Shown here in pieces: positions 17,762 through 25,550 of a stretch of DNA of 64,000 bases (position 1 is the stretch's first letter; every line of letters begins with the position of its first letter). A program made the translations under genes and the position numbers. The DNA is from Nitrososphaerota archaeon (GTDB taxonomy: Archaea; Thermoproteota; Nitrososphaeria; Conexivisphaerales; DTJL01), in the NCBI GenBank assembly GCA_021324115.1, contig JAJPJS010000025.1, forward strand, positions 200,343 through 264,342, read 5' to 3'. The notes under the pieces are model-generated. The model was given only the letters and a program-made list of their open reading frames with translations. It was not told where the DNA came from and searched no databases.

Positions 17762-18871
17762 ATGGACGGCGTAAGGGTGCCAATAAACAAGCCGTTTATC
17801 GGCGATGAAGAGATAAAGGCCGTAAATGAAGTCCTGAAGGAAGCCAATCTCACTTCAGCAAACTTTGATGCAGGCAAAAAGGTCAGGGAACTGGAAAGAG
17901 CACTTGCGGCCTACCTGCAGGTGAAAGATGTCGTGGCTGTAAATTCTGGGACTTCTGCGCTTTTGGCATCCTTGATGGCGCTGGGCATTGGTGTAGGTGA
18001 CGAGGTGATCGTACCCTCATTCACATTTGCTGCCACAGCAAACGCCGTCAAAGCCTGTGGTGCCACGCCCGTGTTTGCGGACATTGGTCTGGATGACTTT
18101 TGCATCGACCCAGCCGACGTCAAGGCCAAGATCACGCCAAAGACGAAGGCGATAATTCCCGTGGATATTTATGGCAACGTGGGAAAGGTGAGGGAGGTTA
18201 AGGAGATCGCCTCCGCGTCCGGTATACCAACGGTTGAAGACGCAGCCCAGGCACTGGGGAGCATGGACAATGGTGCTTACGCGGGGACGCTCTGTGACCT
18301 CGGATGCTTCAGCTTTTACCCGAGCAAGGTCATAACAACAGGCGAGGGCGGAGCTATCGCCACGAACAATGAAGAACTTGGAAGAAAGCTCAGGATGATA
18401 AGAAACCATGGCATGGTCCAGGGATACGACACCACGATACTGGGCCTTAACCTGAGACTGCCGGAGATGGAGGCGGCGATAGGAGTCGAGCAGCTCAAGA
18501 AGATGGAAAACTTCATTCAGATAAGAAGAAAGAATGCTCTTGCCTTCAGCGAGAAACTTCGCGATGCCAGCACGGTGGTTCCCCCTACGGAACCCACCGG
18601 AAAAAGGTACAACTGGTACCTGTACACGATTTATGTAAAGGCAAGCAGAGATGCTCTGATGCAGAGACTCCGAGCGGCCGGATACGGCGCGGTAGTGTAC
18701 TATGACCCACCAGTGCACCTGACACCATACTATCAACAGTTCGTCAGAACTCCTCTCAAGGTCACGGAAGACGCTTCAAAACATGTTCTCTGCCTCCCTG
18801 TCCATCAGGGGGTCAAAATGGAGGAGATAGAAGAGATGGCGCTGCTGGCAAAAACCTTCGGAAACGCTTAA
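17762..18871 (+). CDS. DegT/DnrJ/EryC1/StrS-family PLP-dependent sugar aminotransferase
   Basis: PINKPFIGDEEIKAVNEVL... and FSFYPSKVITTGEGGAI (PLP lysine region), plus RNHGM. ATG 17762 (MDGVRVPINKPF) is preferred over the GTG-type ORF-track start at 17675. Confidence 0.85.
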   Translation: MDGVRVPINKPFIGDEEIKAVNEVLKEANLTSANFDAGKKVRELERALAAYLQVKDVVAVNSGTSALLASLMALGIGVGDEVIVPSFTFAATANAVKACGATPVFADIGLDDFCIDPADVKAKITPKTKAIIPVDIYGNVGKVREVKEIASASGIPTVEDAAQALGSMDNGAYAGTLCDLGCFSFYPSKVITTGEGGAIATNNEELGRKLRMIRNHGMVQGYDTTILGLNLRLPEMEAAIGVEQLKKMENFIQIRRKNALAFSEKLRDASTVVPPTEPTGKRYNWYLYTIYVKASRDALMQRLRAAGYGAVVYYDPPVHLTPYYQQFVRTPLKVTEDASKHVLCLPVHQGVKMEEIEEMALLAKTFGNA

Positions 18872-18899
18872 AGCCTGTCTGAAACTGGTGAAGATAACC

Positions 18900-19064
18900 T
18901 TGTCTGAAGAAAAAAAGTCTGGTATTATCTATGAATGTGTCAGATGCGGAACAAAGGTAACGAGCGAGGAGCTGATCAGTCTGCCCGAAATAAAATGCAT
19001 ATGCGGATACAAGGTGTTCAAGAAGGCCAGACCACCTGTGGTCAAGCAGATAAAGGCGGTCTGA
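18900..19064 (+). CDS. rpoP: DNA-directed RNA polymerase subunit P (Rpo12/RpoP, RPABC4 homolog)
   Basis: Not in the ORF track because it is under 60 aa. Hand translation: (L/M)SEEKKSGIIYECVRCGTKVTSEELISLPEIKCICGYKVFKKARPPVVKQIKAV*. This fits the Y-x-C-x-x-C-G ... C-x-C-G-x-K-(I/V)-(L/F)-x-K-x-R pattern of RpoP. There is no in-frame ATG; candidate starts are TTG 18900 or GTG 18888. Stop TGA at 19062..19064. Confidence 0.75.
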   Translation: MSEEKKSGIIYECVRCGTKVTSEELISLPEIKCICGYKVFKKARPPVVKQIKAV

Positions 19065-19268
19065 GCCCGAAACGAGCGAATGTGCCTCGCAGCATTTTTG
19101 CGTAGATTTGTGTAAACCGACCGATACCGTTTTTAATATACAAAATTTAATTTTGCCCGATATGACAGGTATTTATCGGACATTCCCGAATCGAAGAAGG
19201 GGTGAAAGGAGCTGAGCGATGCATACATCATAGCGGCGAGTGTAGTTCCGGTAGGAAAGCACCCTGAA

Positions 19269-20369
19269 ATGGGAATAGGGGACCTTATGGTTGAATCAAG
19301 TGTTGGGGTGCTTCGATCATGTGGAGACCTGAAACCCGACAGGGTGATTGTTGGGAACATGTTCAGTGGTGTTGGTTCGAAGCAGGAGCACCTCGGGGCT
19401 TACCTGGCGAGCTCCCTGGGACTCATCAACGTGCCTGCGTACAAAGTCGAAGCGGCATGTGGAAGCGGAGGCGCAGCACTGCATAACGCTTACCTGGCCG
19501 TGAAATCTGGGGAAAGCGACGCGGTGCTCGTTACCGGGGTCGAAAAGATGACAGACCTCAACGTTTCAGAAGCAACCTCGGCGCTCGCAATGGCAGATAA
19601 CCAGGAGTACAGCGCTTCCGTGGGCGCTACATTTCTGTCACTCAACGCGCTCACTCACCGACTTTACTGCTCAAAGTATCATGTAACAAGGGAGGAACTT
19701 GCCAGTTTCCCCGTGCTGTGTCATACGAATGCCGTGTCGTCTCCTCACGCGATGTTCAGGCGGAGCATCTCTGTTGATGACGTGATCAAGAGCCCCATCG
19801 TTTCTGACCCAATAAGGTTGCTCGACAGTGCACCGATATGTGATGGTGCTGCTTCAGTCATGGTGGTTAGCAAGAGAAATTTGAAGAGGGCCCCTGCAGG
19901 CGCAGTAAAAATCGAGGCAAGCGAAGTCGCGGTAAACGTGTTCGGACTGGCCGAAAGGCCGGACCCGCTTGACTACATAGCCACCCGCGCGGCAACAAAG
20001 AGGGCTTTGGCAGGGTCGGGAAGAGAATTGAGAGATATTGACACGATGGAGGTTCATGACGCCTTCAGCATCACCTCGGCACTGGCGCTGGAAGCAATGG
20101 GTGTGAGCAAGAAAGGAGGGGCACCCAAGGATGCACAGAATGGCAGATTCTCGAGGTCGGGGGAGCTTCCCATCAACACATTCGGGGGGCTGAAGGCGAG
20201 GGGTCACCCGGTAGGAGCATCCGGCGTGTACGAGGCTGCAGAAGCGTTCATGCAGCTCACTGGATCAGCTGGACAGTGCCAGGTGAAAGGCGCAAAGACG
20301 TCATTGATACACAACATGGGCGGTGTCGACACGACAACCGCCGTCCACATACTCAGCGAGGTGTCATAG
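19269..20369 (+). CDS. Thiolase-like protein (archaeal acetyl-CoA acetyltransferase / SCP-x type thiolase)
   Basis: Active-site region YKVEAACGSGGAALHNAYLAV. C-terminal region GHPVGASGV...HNMGG. Thiolase-like sequence continues in frame upstream to 19206 (SDAYIIAASVVPVGKHPE) without an ATG, GTG or TTG; see findings. Confidence 0.8.
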   Translation: MGIGDLMVESSVGVLRSCGDLKPDRVIVGNMFSGVGSKQEHLGAYLASSLGLINVPAYKVEAACGSGGAALHNAYLAVKSGESDAVLVTGVEKMTDLNVSEATSALAMADNQEYSASVGATFLSLNALTHRLYCSKYHVTREELASFPVLCHTNAVSSPHAMFRRSISVDDVIKSPIVSDPIRLLDSAPICDGAASVMVVSKRNLKRAPAGAVKIEASEVAVNVFGLAERPDPLDYIATRAATKRALAGSGRELRDIDTMEVHDAFSITSALALEAMGVSKKGGAPKDAQNGRFSRSGELPINTFGGLKARGHPVGASGVYEAAEAFMQLTGSAGQCQVKGAKTSLIHNMGGVDTTTAVHILSEVS

Positions 20370-20375
20370 GCAGAC

Positions 20376-20771
20376 ATGAATGATGCATCGTACAACCGTC
20401 TAAAGGCGAAGTATGTTGGCCTTCTCGGCTCAAAGTGCAAGAAGTGTGGAGCAGAATTTTTCCCCCAAGCAAGAGTGTGCAGAAAGTGTGGCTCTTTCGA
20501 GTTGCAGGACATACCGATGCCCCCCACGGGGAAGGTTACTTCGTACACGATACTTAATGTTCCCGCACTGGAATTCAAGGATGATGCTCCGCTCGTTATC
20601 GGGTATATCGAACTCAGCAATGGGGTAAGATTGATCGCTCAGCTGGCAGACATATCTCCCTCCGAAGTAAGAGAGGGTATGCCCGTTCGCATGGAGGTCA
20701 GGCCGCTCTCGCAGAAAAGCGGAGCAGGTGACCCCATGGTTGGTTACAAATTCGTCAAATCCGAAAAGTAG
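20376..20771 (+). CDS. DUF35 family Zn-ribbon/OB-fold protein (thiolase/HMG-CoA synthase scaffold partner)
   Basis: LLGSKCKKCGAEFFPQARVCRKCGS (rubredoxin-like Zn ribbon) followed by an OB-fold-like C-terminus. It lies immediately downstream of the thiolase, which is the conserved archaeal arrangement. Confidence 0.8.
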   Translation: MNDASYNRLKAKYVGLLGSKCKKCGAEFFPQARVCRKCGSFELQDIPMPPTGKVTSYTILNVPALEFKDDAPLVIGYIELSNGVRLIAQLADISPSEVREGMPVRMEVRPLSQKSGAGDPMVGYKFVKSEK

Positions 20772-20835
20772 GTTTTGCTGAGATCCTTGTCACAGGAAGC
20801 AGTACACTGGCCCGATTAGCTGTGAAAGAATTCCT

Positions 20836-20846
20836 CCCCCCCCCCC
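20836..20846. repeat. Homopolymeric C11 (G11 on the minus strand) tract in a convergent intergenic spacer
   Basis: ttcct-ccccccccccc-ggta, counted as 11 C at 20836..20846, between the ends of the DUF35 gene (20771) and the galT-like gene (20980). Confidence 0.9.
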
Positions 20847-20979
20847 GGTACTGAAGAATCTAACAAATTTCCTGCGTGGAGTTTTCCTGCGGATTCGACC
20901 AATTATAACAGGACAATAGTGGTCAAGGCTGGTTTACCGGTACATGGGGCGACCTTTACGCGCCGCCCTGGTGGGTCCA

Positions 20980-21996
20980 TCATTTGACGCCAAACATGTC
21001 AGCCATTTCACGTCTTGCCCACTTCCCCAGCTTCTCTGCAGCCTCTTCGGGAACCTTGGGAAGCACATAAACTCCAAACCCATCTTCAAGGGAGTCAGAG
21101 GTGGAGTTTTGAGGGTGAACCTCGACGTGCCAGTGATACTGCGATTGCTGCATCCTTTCCGGTGCCATGTGAAAAGCAACACCGTATTCAGGCCCATTCT
21201 CCTTCACAAACCCGCCGAGAGTGCATCTCATTATCATTGCCAATTCCTTGATCTGATTCTGGGTAAGCTTAAGGAAGCTGCGCTGGTGTTTTTTAGGAAC
21301 GATCCAGAATTCAAGATTTCTTCTTGGTGCCCAGGGTACGAATGCGACATAACTGTCGGTCGAAATAATCTGCCGTGGCCCTCCCGATTCGACATTCACC
21401 ACTCTGCACACAGGGCATATACCCAGTTCGTCATACATGCTGTCTGTGGCAGTCAGTTCCGCTTGCACAATGGGAGGAATCCGTCCAAGGCTGACTAGAT
21501 TGATCTGTGGATGGGAAGCACTGCCTTTGCCTGCGGTCATGTTGGCGTAAGCTGCGACATACGAGATGCCCCTTCCCTGATAAAGCGTCTTCACCTCTTC
21601 CTGCATAGCAATCAGGCCGTTGGCAAGCTGGTTTACGTTCGCTGTATGAAACTGTTCTTCATGAGATGGAGATGTCACCACTACGTAATGGCTTCCCTGC
21701 GCAGGCTCTCCCACAAGCGGTTCGTCACTGAAATTTGCACCCGGATCATCATATACAAGGGGGCGCGGACTCTTGAAAACTCTTGCCACCCAGTCCGAAT
21801 TTCTTTCCTCTTCTGTATCAGACGTTTTTACTATTCCACCAAACTTGTCGAGCAGCACCAGCTCGGCCGGTGGTGTCTCGTTTTCCCTCCCGGCGCAGAA
21901 TTTACAGTCTTCAACCTCCCCAGCAGCCCGCGCGCTTCTTTCGGAGGGAACAAGGGTTACAGACCTGGACATGTAGTCTGTTCTTAGCTGGGGCAA
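20980..21996 (-). CDS. Galactose-1-phosphate uridylyltransferase-like HIT-family nucleotidyltransferase
   Basis: N-terminus LRTDYMSRSVTLVPSERSAR. Zn motif CKFCAGRE. Candidate active-site region GSASHPQINLV (compare HPHGQI). C-terminal half AFHMAPERMQQSQYHWHVEVHP. TTG start at 21996. Confidence 0.7.
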   Translation of the reverse strand: MPQLRTDYMSRSVTLVPSERSARAAGEVEDCKFCAGRENETPPAELVLLDKFGGIVKTSDTEEERNSDWVARVFKSPRPLVYDDPGANFSDEPLVGEPAQGSHYVVVTSPSHEEQFHTANVNQLANGLIAMQEEVKTLYQGRGISYVAAYANMTAGKGSASHPQINLVSLGRIPPIVQAELTATDSMYDELGICPVCRVVNVESGGPRQIISTDSYVAFVPWAPRRNLEFWIVPKKHQRSFLKLTQNQIKELAMIMRCTLGGFVKENGPEYGVAFHMAPERMQQSQYHWHVEVHPQNSTSDSLEDGFGVYVLPKVPEEAAEKLGKWARREMADMFGVK

Positions 21997-22128
21997 ATTA
22001 CTTCCAAGGCTTCGTTTAAGCCACTTTTAAGTCCTTTTCCTCAGGTCGAGTATTGTTGAGCTTTTAGAGAATTCGTTTCTTCTTTTACCATTAAACGGTC
22101 GTCTTTTGAATCTTAAGAGTGAGAGGAG

Positions 22129-23397
22129 TTGCCGGGAGTCACAATCGTATTTGGCCTGCATCAGCCGATGTATCTTAACAGGACATTTCCCTATGAAAGA
22201 TTAAGGAGAATCGCCGAGGAATCGAGTCTGATGGACAAATATGTGGATTACGCTCTCCTGCATCGACAGTTTATCGACAAGAGCAGATGGGTGTACGGTC
22301 CTGCGATCAACGGTTTTCTCTCCGTGGCCGAGGAAACCCAGCGCACAAACTCGAGCTTCAAATTCGCACTCGCCCTGTCCGGTCTTTTCATTGAGCAACT
22401 CCTTAAGGAGGACACCGCCCTGGTGGCCAGCATAACCCGGCTTGTTGGATTGGGGGCGGTCGAAATACTGGCGGGCACCTACTACAACAGCCCAGCCTCC
22501 GTCTATCCGGCAGGGGAGGAAGAGTTCGAAGAGCAGGTAAGGGAAAATATTCAGTTGGTGAAAAAGGTGTTCGGCGTCGAGCCTAAAGTTCTTGTTAACA
22601 CAAAGCTGATCTACAGCGACGGTGTGGCGAAATGCGCGGAAACACTCGGGTTATCAGGGGTCATCGCTGATTTCGTCCCCGGTCTGACGGCACCTTCGTG
22701 TACCGAGGTATATTCAAGCGGAGCCCACCCTACCGTCAGAATTCTCGTAAGGAATCCAAAACTCAGCCGGGAATTCGTTCAAGGAGATTTTGAAGCAGGC
22801 CGTGCTGGTAGTGATGGCGTCAACATCATATATGTAGATGGCGAGGACCTTCCCCGCGCGGACATCTCTGCCTACCGCAATTTGGCGCTTTCAATTGTGC
22901 AGAGGAGCGTGGAGACAATCCTTCCTCGGGATATAATTGAAAATACGAGTCCTTCAGGGAATCTTTCAGTGCCGGAAGCCGCGAGGTGTGCATCGTATGA
23001 GTTAAACGGAGACGTGAGTACGCTTATCCAGAACCCCATGCAAAGGATGTTTTACGAAAGAGTTTCCGCCCTAGCCCCTTATGTGAAGGAGATCGATGAC
23101 CCGAGGATAAAGGGGCTTTGGAGGATTCTTCAACAAGTGGACCATCTTTACTGCATGGATGATTCCGGCACCCTGCAAAACCCCAGGGTTTTCAGCAGCT
23201 CTGCAGATGCCTTTTCTGTTTGCAATACTATATTGGTTGACTTCGAGGGTAAGGTAGGAACGCTGGTTCAGAGGCTGAGGAAAGCTAAAGCGCAGGCGGC
23301 ACAGGCCGCTTTACACCCAACACCCCAGCCCGCACCGGCTGCAGTACAGAGGATGGCGGAAACACCTCTTCAATCGAGACCACTACAGAAGTTCTGA
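22129..23397 (+). CDS. Glycoside hydrolase family 57-like protein (possibly non-catalytic), with a low-complexity Ala/Pro/Gln C-terminal tail
   Basis: GH57 region I FGLHQP. Region II-like GAVEILAGTYYNS. Region IV-like YVDGEDL. By eye, the position of the nucleophile Glu (WLxE) reads VNTK. TTG start. Confidence 0.45.
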   Translation: MPGVTIVFGLHQPMYLNRTFPYERLRRIAEESSLMDKYVDYALLHRQFIDKSRWVYGPAINGFLSVAEETQRTNSSFKFALALSGLFIEQLLKEDTALVASITRLVGLGAVEILAGTYYNSPASVYPAGEEEFEEQVRENIQLVKKVFGVEPKVLVNTKLIYSDGVAKCAETLGLSGVIADFVPGLTAPSCTEVYSSGAHPTVRILVRNPKLSREFVQGDFEAGRAGSDGVNIIYVDGEDLPRADISAYRNLALSIVQRSVETILPRDIIENTSPSGNLSVPEAARCASYELNGDVSTLIQNPMQRMFYERVSALAPYVKEIDDPRIKGLWRILQQVDHLYCMDDSGTLQNPRVFSSSADAFSVCNTILVDFEGKVGTLVQRLRKAKAQAAQAALHPTPQPAPAAVQRMAETPLQSRPLQKF

Positions 23398-23430
23398 ACA
23401 GGTCACTGAAATCAGCAGGAACTTCCCCTG

Positions 23431-23446
23431 CCGATGTTAACATCGG
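23431..23446. promoter_or_regulatory. Perfect 16-bp palindrome CCGATGTTAACATCGG between the GH57-like gene and sucC
   Basis: The reverse complement is identical. It lies 34 nt after the stop at 23397 and about 35 nt upstream of the putative sucC TATA (gtttaaatatag, about 23478..23489). It could be an operator or a hairpin. Confidence 0.4.
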
Positions 23447-23520
23447 CCATCTATTCAAAGGAGTAAAATGGTTTGTGTTTAAATATAGAAAGCAGTCGGC
23501 CAATACCGGGTCAGATCTTA

Positions 23521-24630
23521 TTGAGACTTCTGGAATACCAGGCAAAATCTCTCTTTAAGTCATACAGCGTCCCGGTACCCGAAGGCGTTGTCGTTGACTC
23601 CCTTCAGGCAGCGGTCGAAGCCGGTCGCTCGTTGGGCTATCCAGTCGTGCTGAAGGCTCAGCTTCCCCTAGGAGGAAGGGGAAAAGCAGGGCTCATAAAG
23701 TCCGTGCGCGAGGAATCAGAAATGGGCTCTGCTTTTTCGAGCATCTTTGGCCGGACCGTTCAGGGGCTGAGCGTGGACAAGATCCTTGTTGAGCCCTTCT
23801 TCAATCATGAAAGTGAGATGTATGTCAGCTATACGGAAAACAGGAGCGAGCGATGCTTTTCGATCGTCGTATCCCCGGCGGGTGGAATCGATGTGGAGCA
23901 GGTCAAGGAAAAATTCATGGCTAACTTCGGTCTCGACGGTCCCACAGATGAGATAATCTCACAGGCCACGAAGTACCTCGGCCTACCTTCTTCCGCCCTT
24001 TCCAAATGCAGTTCGCTTCTGAAGGCGTTGTACTCGGCGTTCAACGGGTCTGAGGCTGAACTGGTGGAAATAAATCCACTCGTATACTCCTCAAAAAATG
24101 GCTTCATGGCGCTCGACGCCAAGGTGATCCTGGATGACAACGCGCTCTTTCGACATCCAGAATTGAAGCCCTATCTCCCGCATGACATATCTGTCGAAGA
24201 GGCCGAAAAATTCGGATTCAATTTTGTGCCTCTGGATGGCGAAGTCGCGGTTGTTGGGAACGGAGCCGGGCTTGTCCTGTCTACACTTGACATGGTGGCA
24301 TCCCGCGGTCTTTCGGCGGCTTGCTTTCTTGACCTTGGTGGCGGCGCCTCTCCCGACAGGGTAAGGGCGGCCCTGCAGCTCCTTTCCTCCGCTCTTCCAA
24401 ACATGAAGGCGCTTTTTGTGAACGTGTTTGGTGGTATTACCAACAGCGTCTCTGTGGCCGAGGGTTTTCTTGATGTAAAGAGGAGCGGATACCTGACGAA
24501 ACCATTCTTCCTTAGGCTGTCCGGCGCGGGCGAACTAGAGGCAAGGGACCTTCTCAAAAAGAATGGAATAAATTCATTCATAGAAATCGAGCATGCTCTT
24601 GATGCGCTCGAGGAGTGGGGAAGAAAATGA
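23521..24630 (+). CDS. sucC: Succinyl-CoA ligase (ADP-forming) beta subunit
   Basis: ORF 23473..24630. (M)RLLEYQAKSLFKSYSVPVPEG matches the canonical MNLHEYQAK start when TTG 23521 is used. It has an ATP-grasp core. The stop overlaps the sucD start (ATGA). Confidence 0.9.
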   Translation: MRLLEYQAKSLFKSYSVPVPEGVVVDSLQAAVEAGRSLGYPVVLKAQLPLGGRGKAGLIKSVREESEMGSAFSSIFGRTVQGLSVDKILVEPFFNHESEMYVSYTENRSERCFSIVVSPAGGIDVEQVKEKFMANFGLDGPTDEIISQATKYLGLPSSALSKCSSLLKALYSAFNGSEAELVEINPLVYSSKNGFMALDAKVILDDNALFRHPELKPYLPHDISVEEAEKFGFNFVPLDGEVAVVGNGAGLVLSTLDMVASRGLSAACFLDLGGGASPDRVRAALQLLSSALPNMKALFVNVFGGITNSVSVAEGFLDVKRSGYLTKPFFLRLSGAGELEARDLLKKNGINSFIEIEHALDALEEWGRK

Positions 24631-25526
24631 AGAGCAGCATCCTGTCCGACTGGTTGACCGGCAGAGTCGAACCAAGGAATGCAAAGGTGCTGGTTCAGGG
24701 CATAACGGGGAGGTACGGACGCCTTCATGCTGAGATGATGAAGGCCTATGGCACAAACATTGTAGCTGGCACCAGTCCAGGGAAGGCGGGCGAATTTGTT
24801 GCCGGCATTCCAGTGTTCAATGACTGCAGAGCGGCGGTCAAAGCCTGGGGCGCCGAAGTCAGTGTAGTCTTCGTTCCTGCACCGCACTACCTTGAAGCGG
24901 TAACGGAGGCGTTCGAGGCCGGGGTCAACCTGGTTGTGGGGATAACCGAGCGGGTGCCCGTCAGGGACACACTTCGCAGTATAGATTTGGCCAAAAAATA
25001 TGGCGGTCACATCATAGGACCCAACACTCCAGGGATAATCCTGCCGGGCCAGATCAAACTCGGGATAATGCCTGTACAACCATTCTTACCCGGGGGTGCT
25101 GTGGTTCTCTCTCGAAGCGGTACTCTGACCTATGAAATCTCCAACTATCTGAAAAAGGAGGGGCTTGGCATATTTGTTGCGCTGGGTGTGGGGGGCGATC
25201 CGGTCAACTCCACCAATTTCATAGAGTGCCTCGATATGGTCAGGGAGAACCCCCACGTCGATTCTATCGCGTTGATAGGTGAAATTGGCGGAGACGCCGA
25301 GGAAAGGGTTGCAGATTTTGTGTTGGAGACAAAATTCCCAAAAAGAGTAGCCGCTTATATCGCGGGGCGGTCTGCACCCCGGGAGAAAAAGATGGGACAC
25401 GCCGGGGCGATCATAATGGGGGAGGCAGGAACAGTTGAATCGAAGGAGAAGGCGCTAAACAGGGCAGGAATCCCCGTAGCACGAATGCCCTGGGAGCTTC
25501 CCGCGCTCCTGAAGTCAAAAAAGTGA
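24627..25526 (+). CDS. sucD: Succinyl-CoA ligase alpha subunit
   Basis: KVLVQGITGRYGRLHAEMM, SRSGTLTYE and GHAGAI (phosphohistidine loop). ATG 24627 overlaps the sucC stop TGA at 24628..24630. Confidence 0.9.
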   Translation: MKSSILSDWLTGRVEPRNAKVLVQGITGRYGRLHAEMMKAYGTNIVAGTSPGKAGEFVAGIPVFNDCRAAVKAWGAEVSVVFVPAPHYLEAVTEAFEAGVNLVVGITERVPVRDTLRSIDLAKKYGGHIIGPNTPGIILPGQIKLGIMPVQPFLPGGAVVLSRSGTLTYEISNYLKKEGLGIFVALGVGGDPVNSTNFIECLDMVRENPHVDSIALIGEIGGDAEERVADFVLETKFPKRVAAYIAGRSAPREKKMGHAGAIIMGEAGTVESKEKALNRAGIPVARMPWELPALLKSKK

Positions 25527-25550
25527 TATTAACTGGGTCGGGTAGGACAA

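Noticed and set aside
18017-18736. A 239-aa minus-strand ORF antisense to the DegT-family aminotransferase
   Set aside because: It overlaps a strongly supported CDS entirely, and its sequence has no motif. The same reasoning applies to other long antisense ORFs (3039..3551, 4217..4717, 20944..21498, 21511..21987, 40785..41192, 45276..45749, 16672..17196).
24171-25079. A 302-aa minus-strand ORF antisense to the sucC/sucD junction
   Set aside because: This is a shadow ORF across two well-supported genes. The translation is low-complexity (Ser/Arg/Pro-rich) with no family signature.
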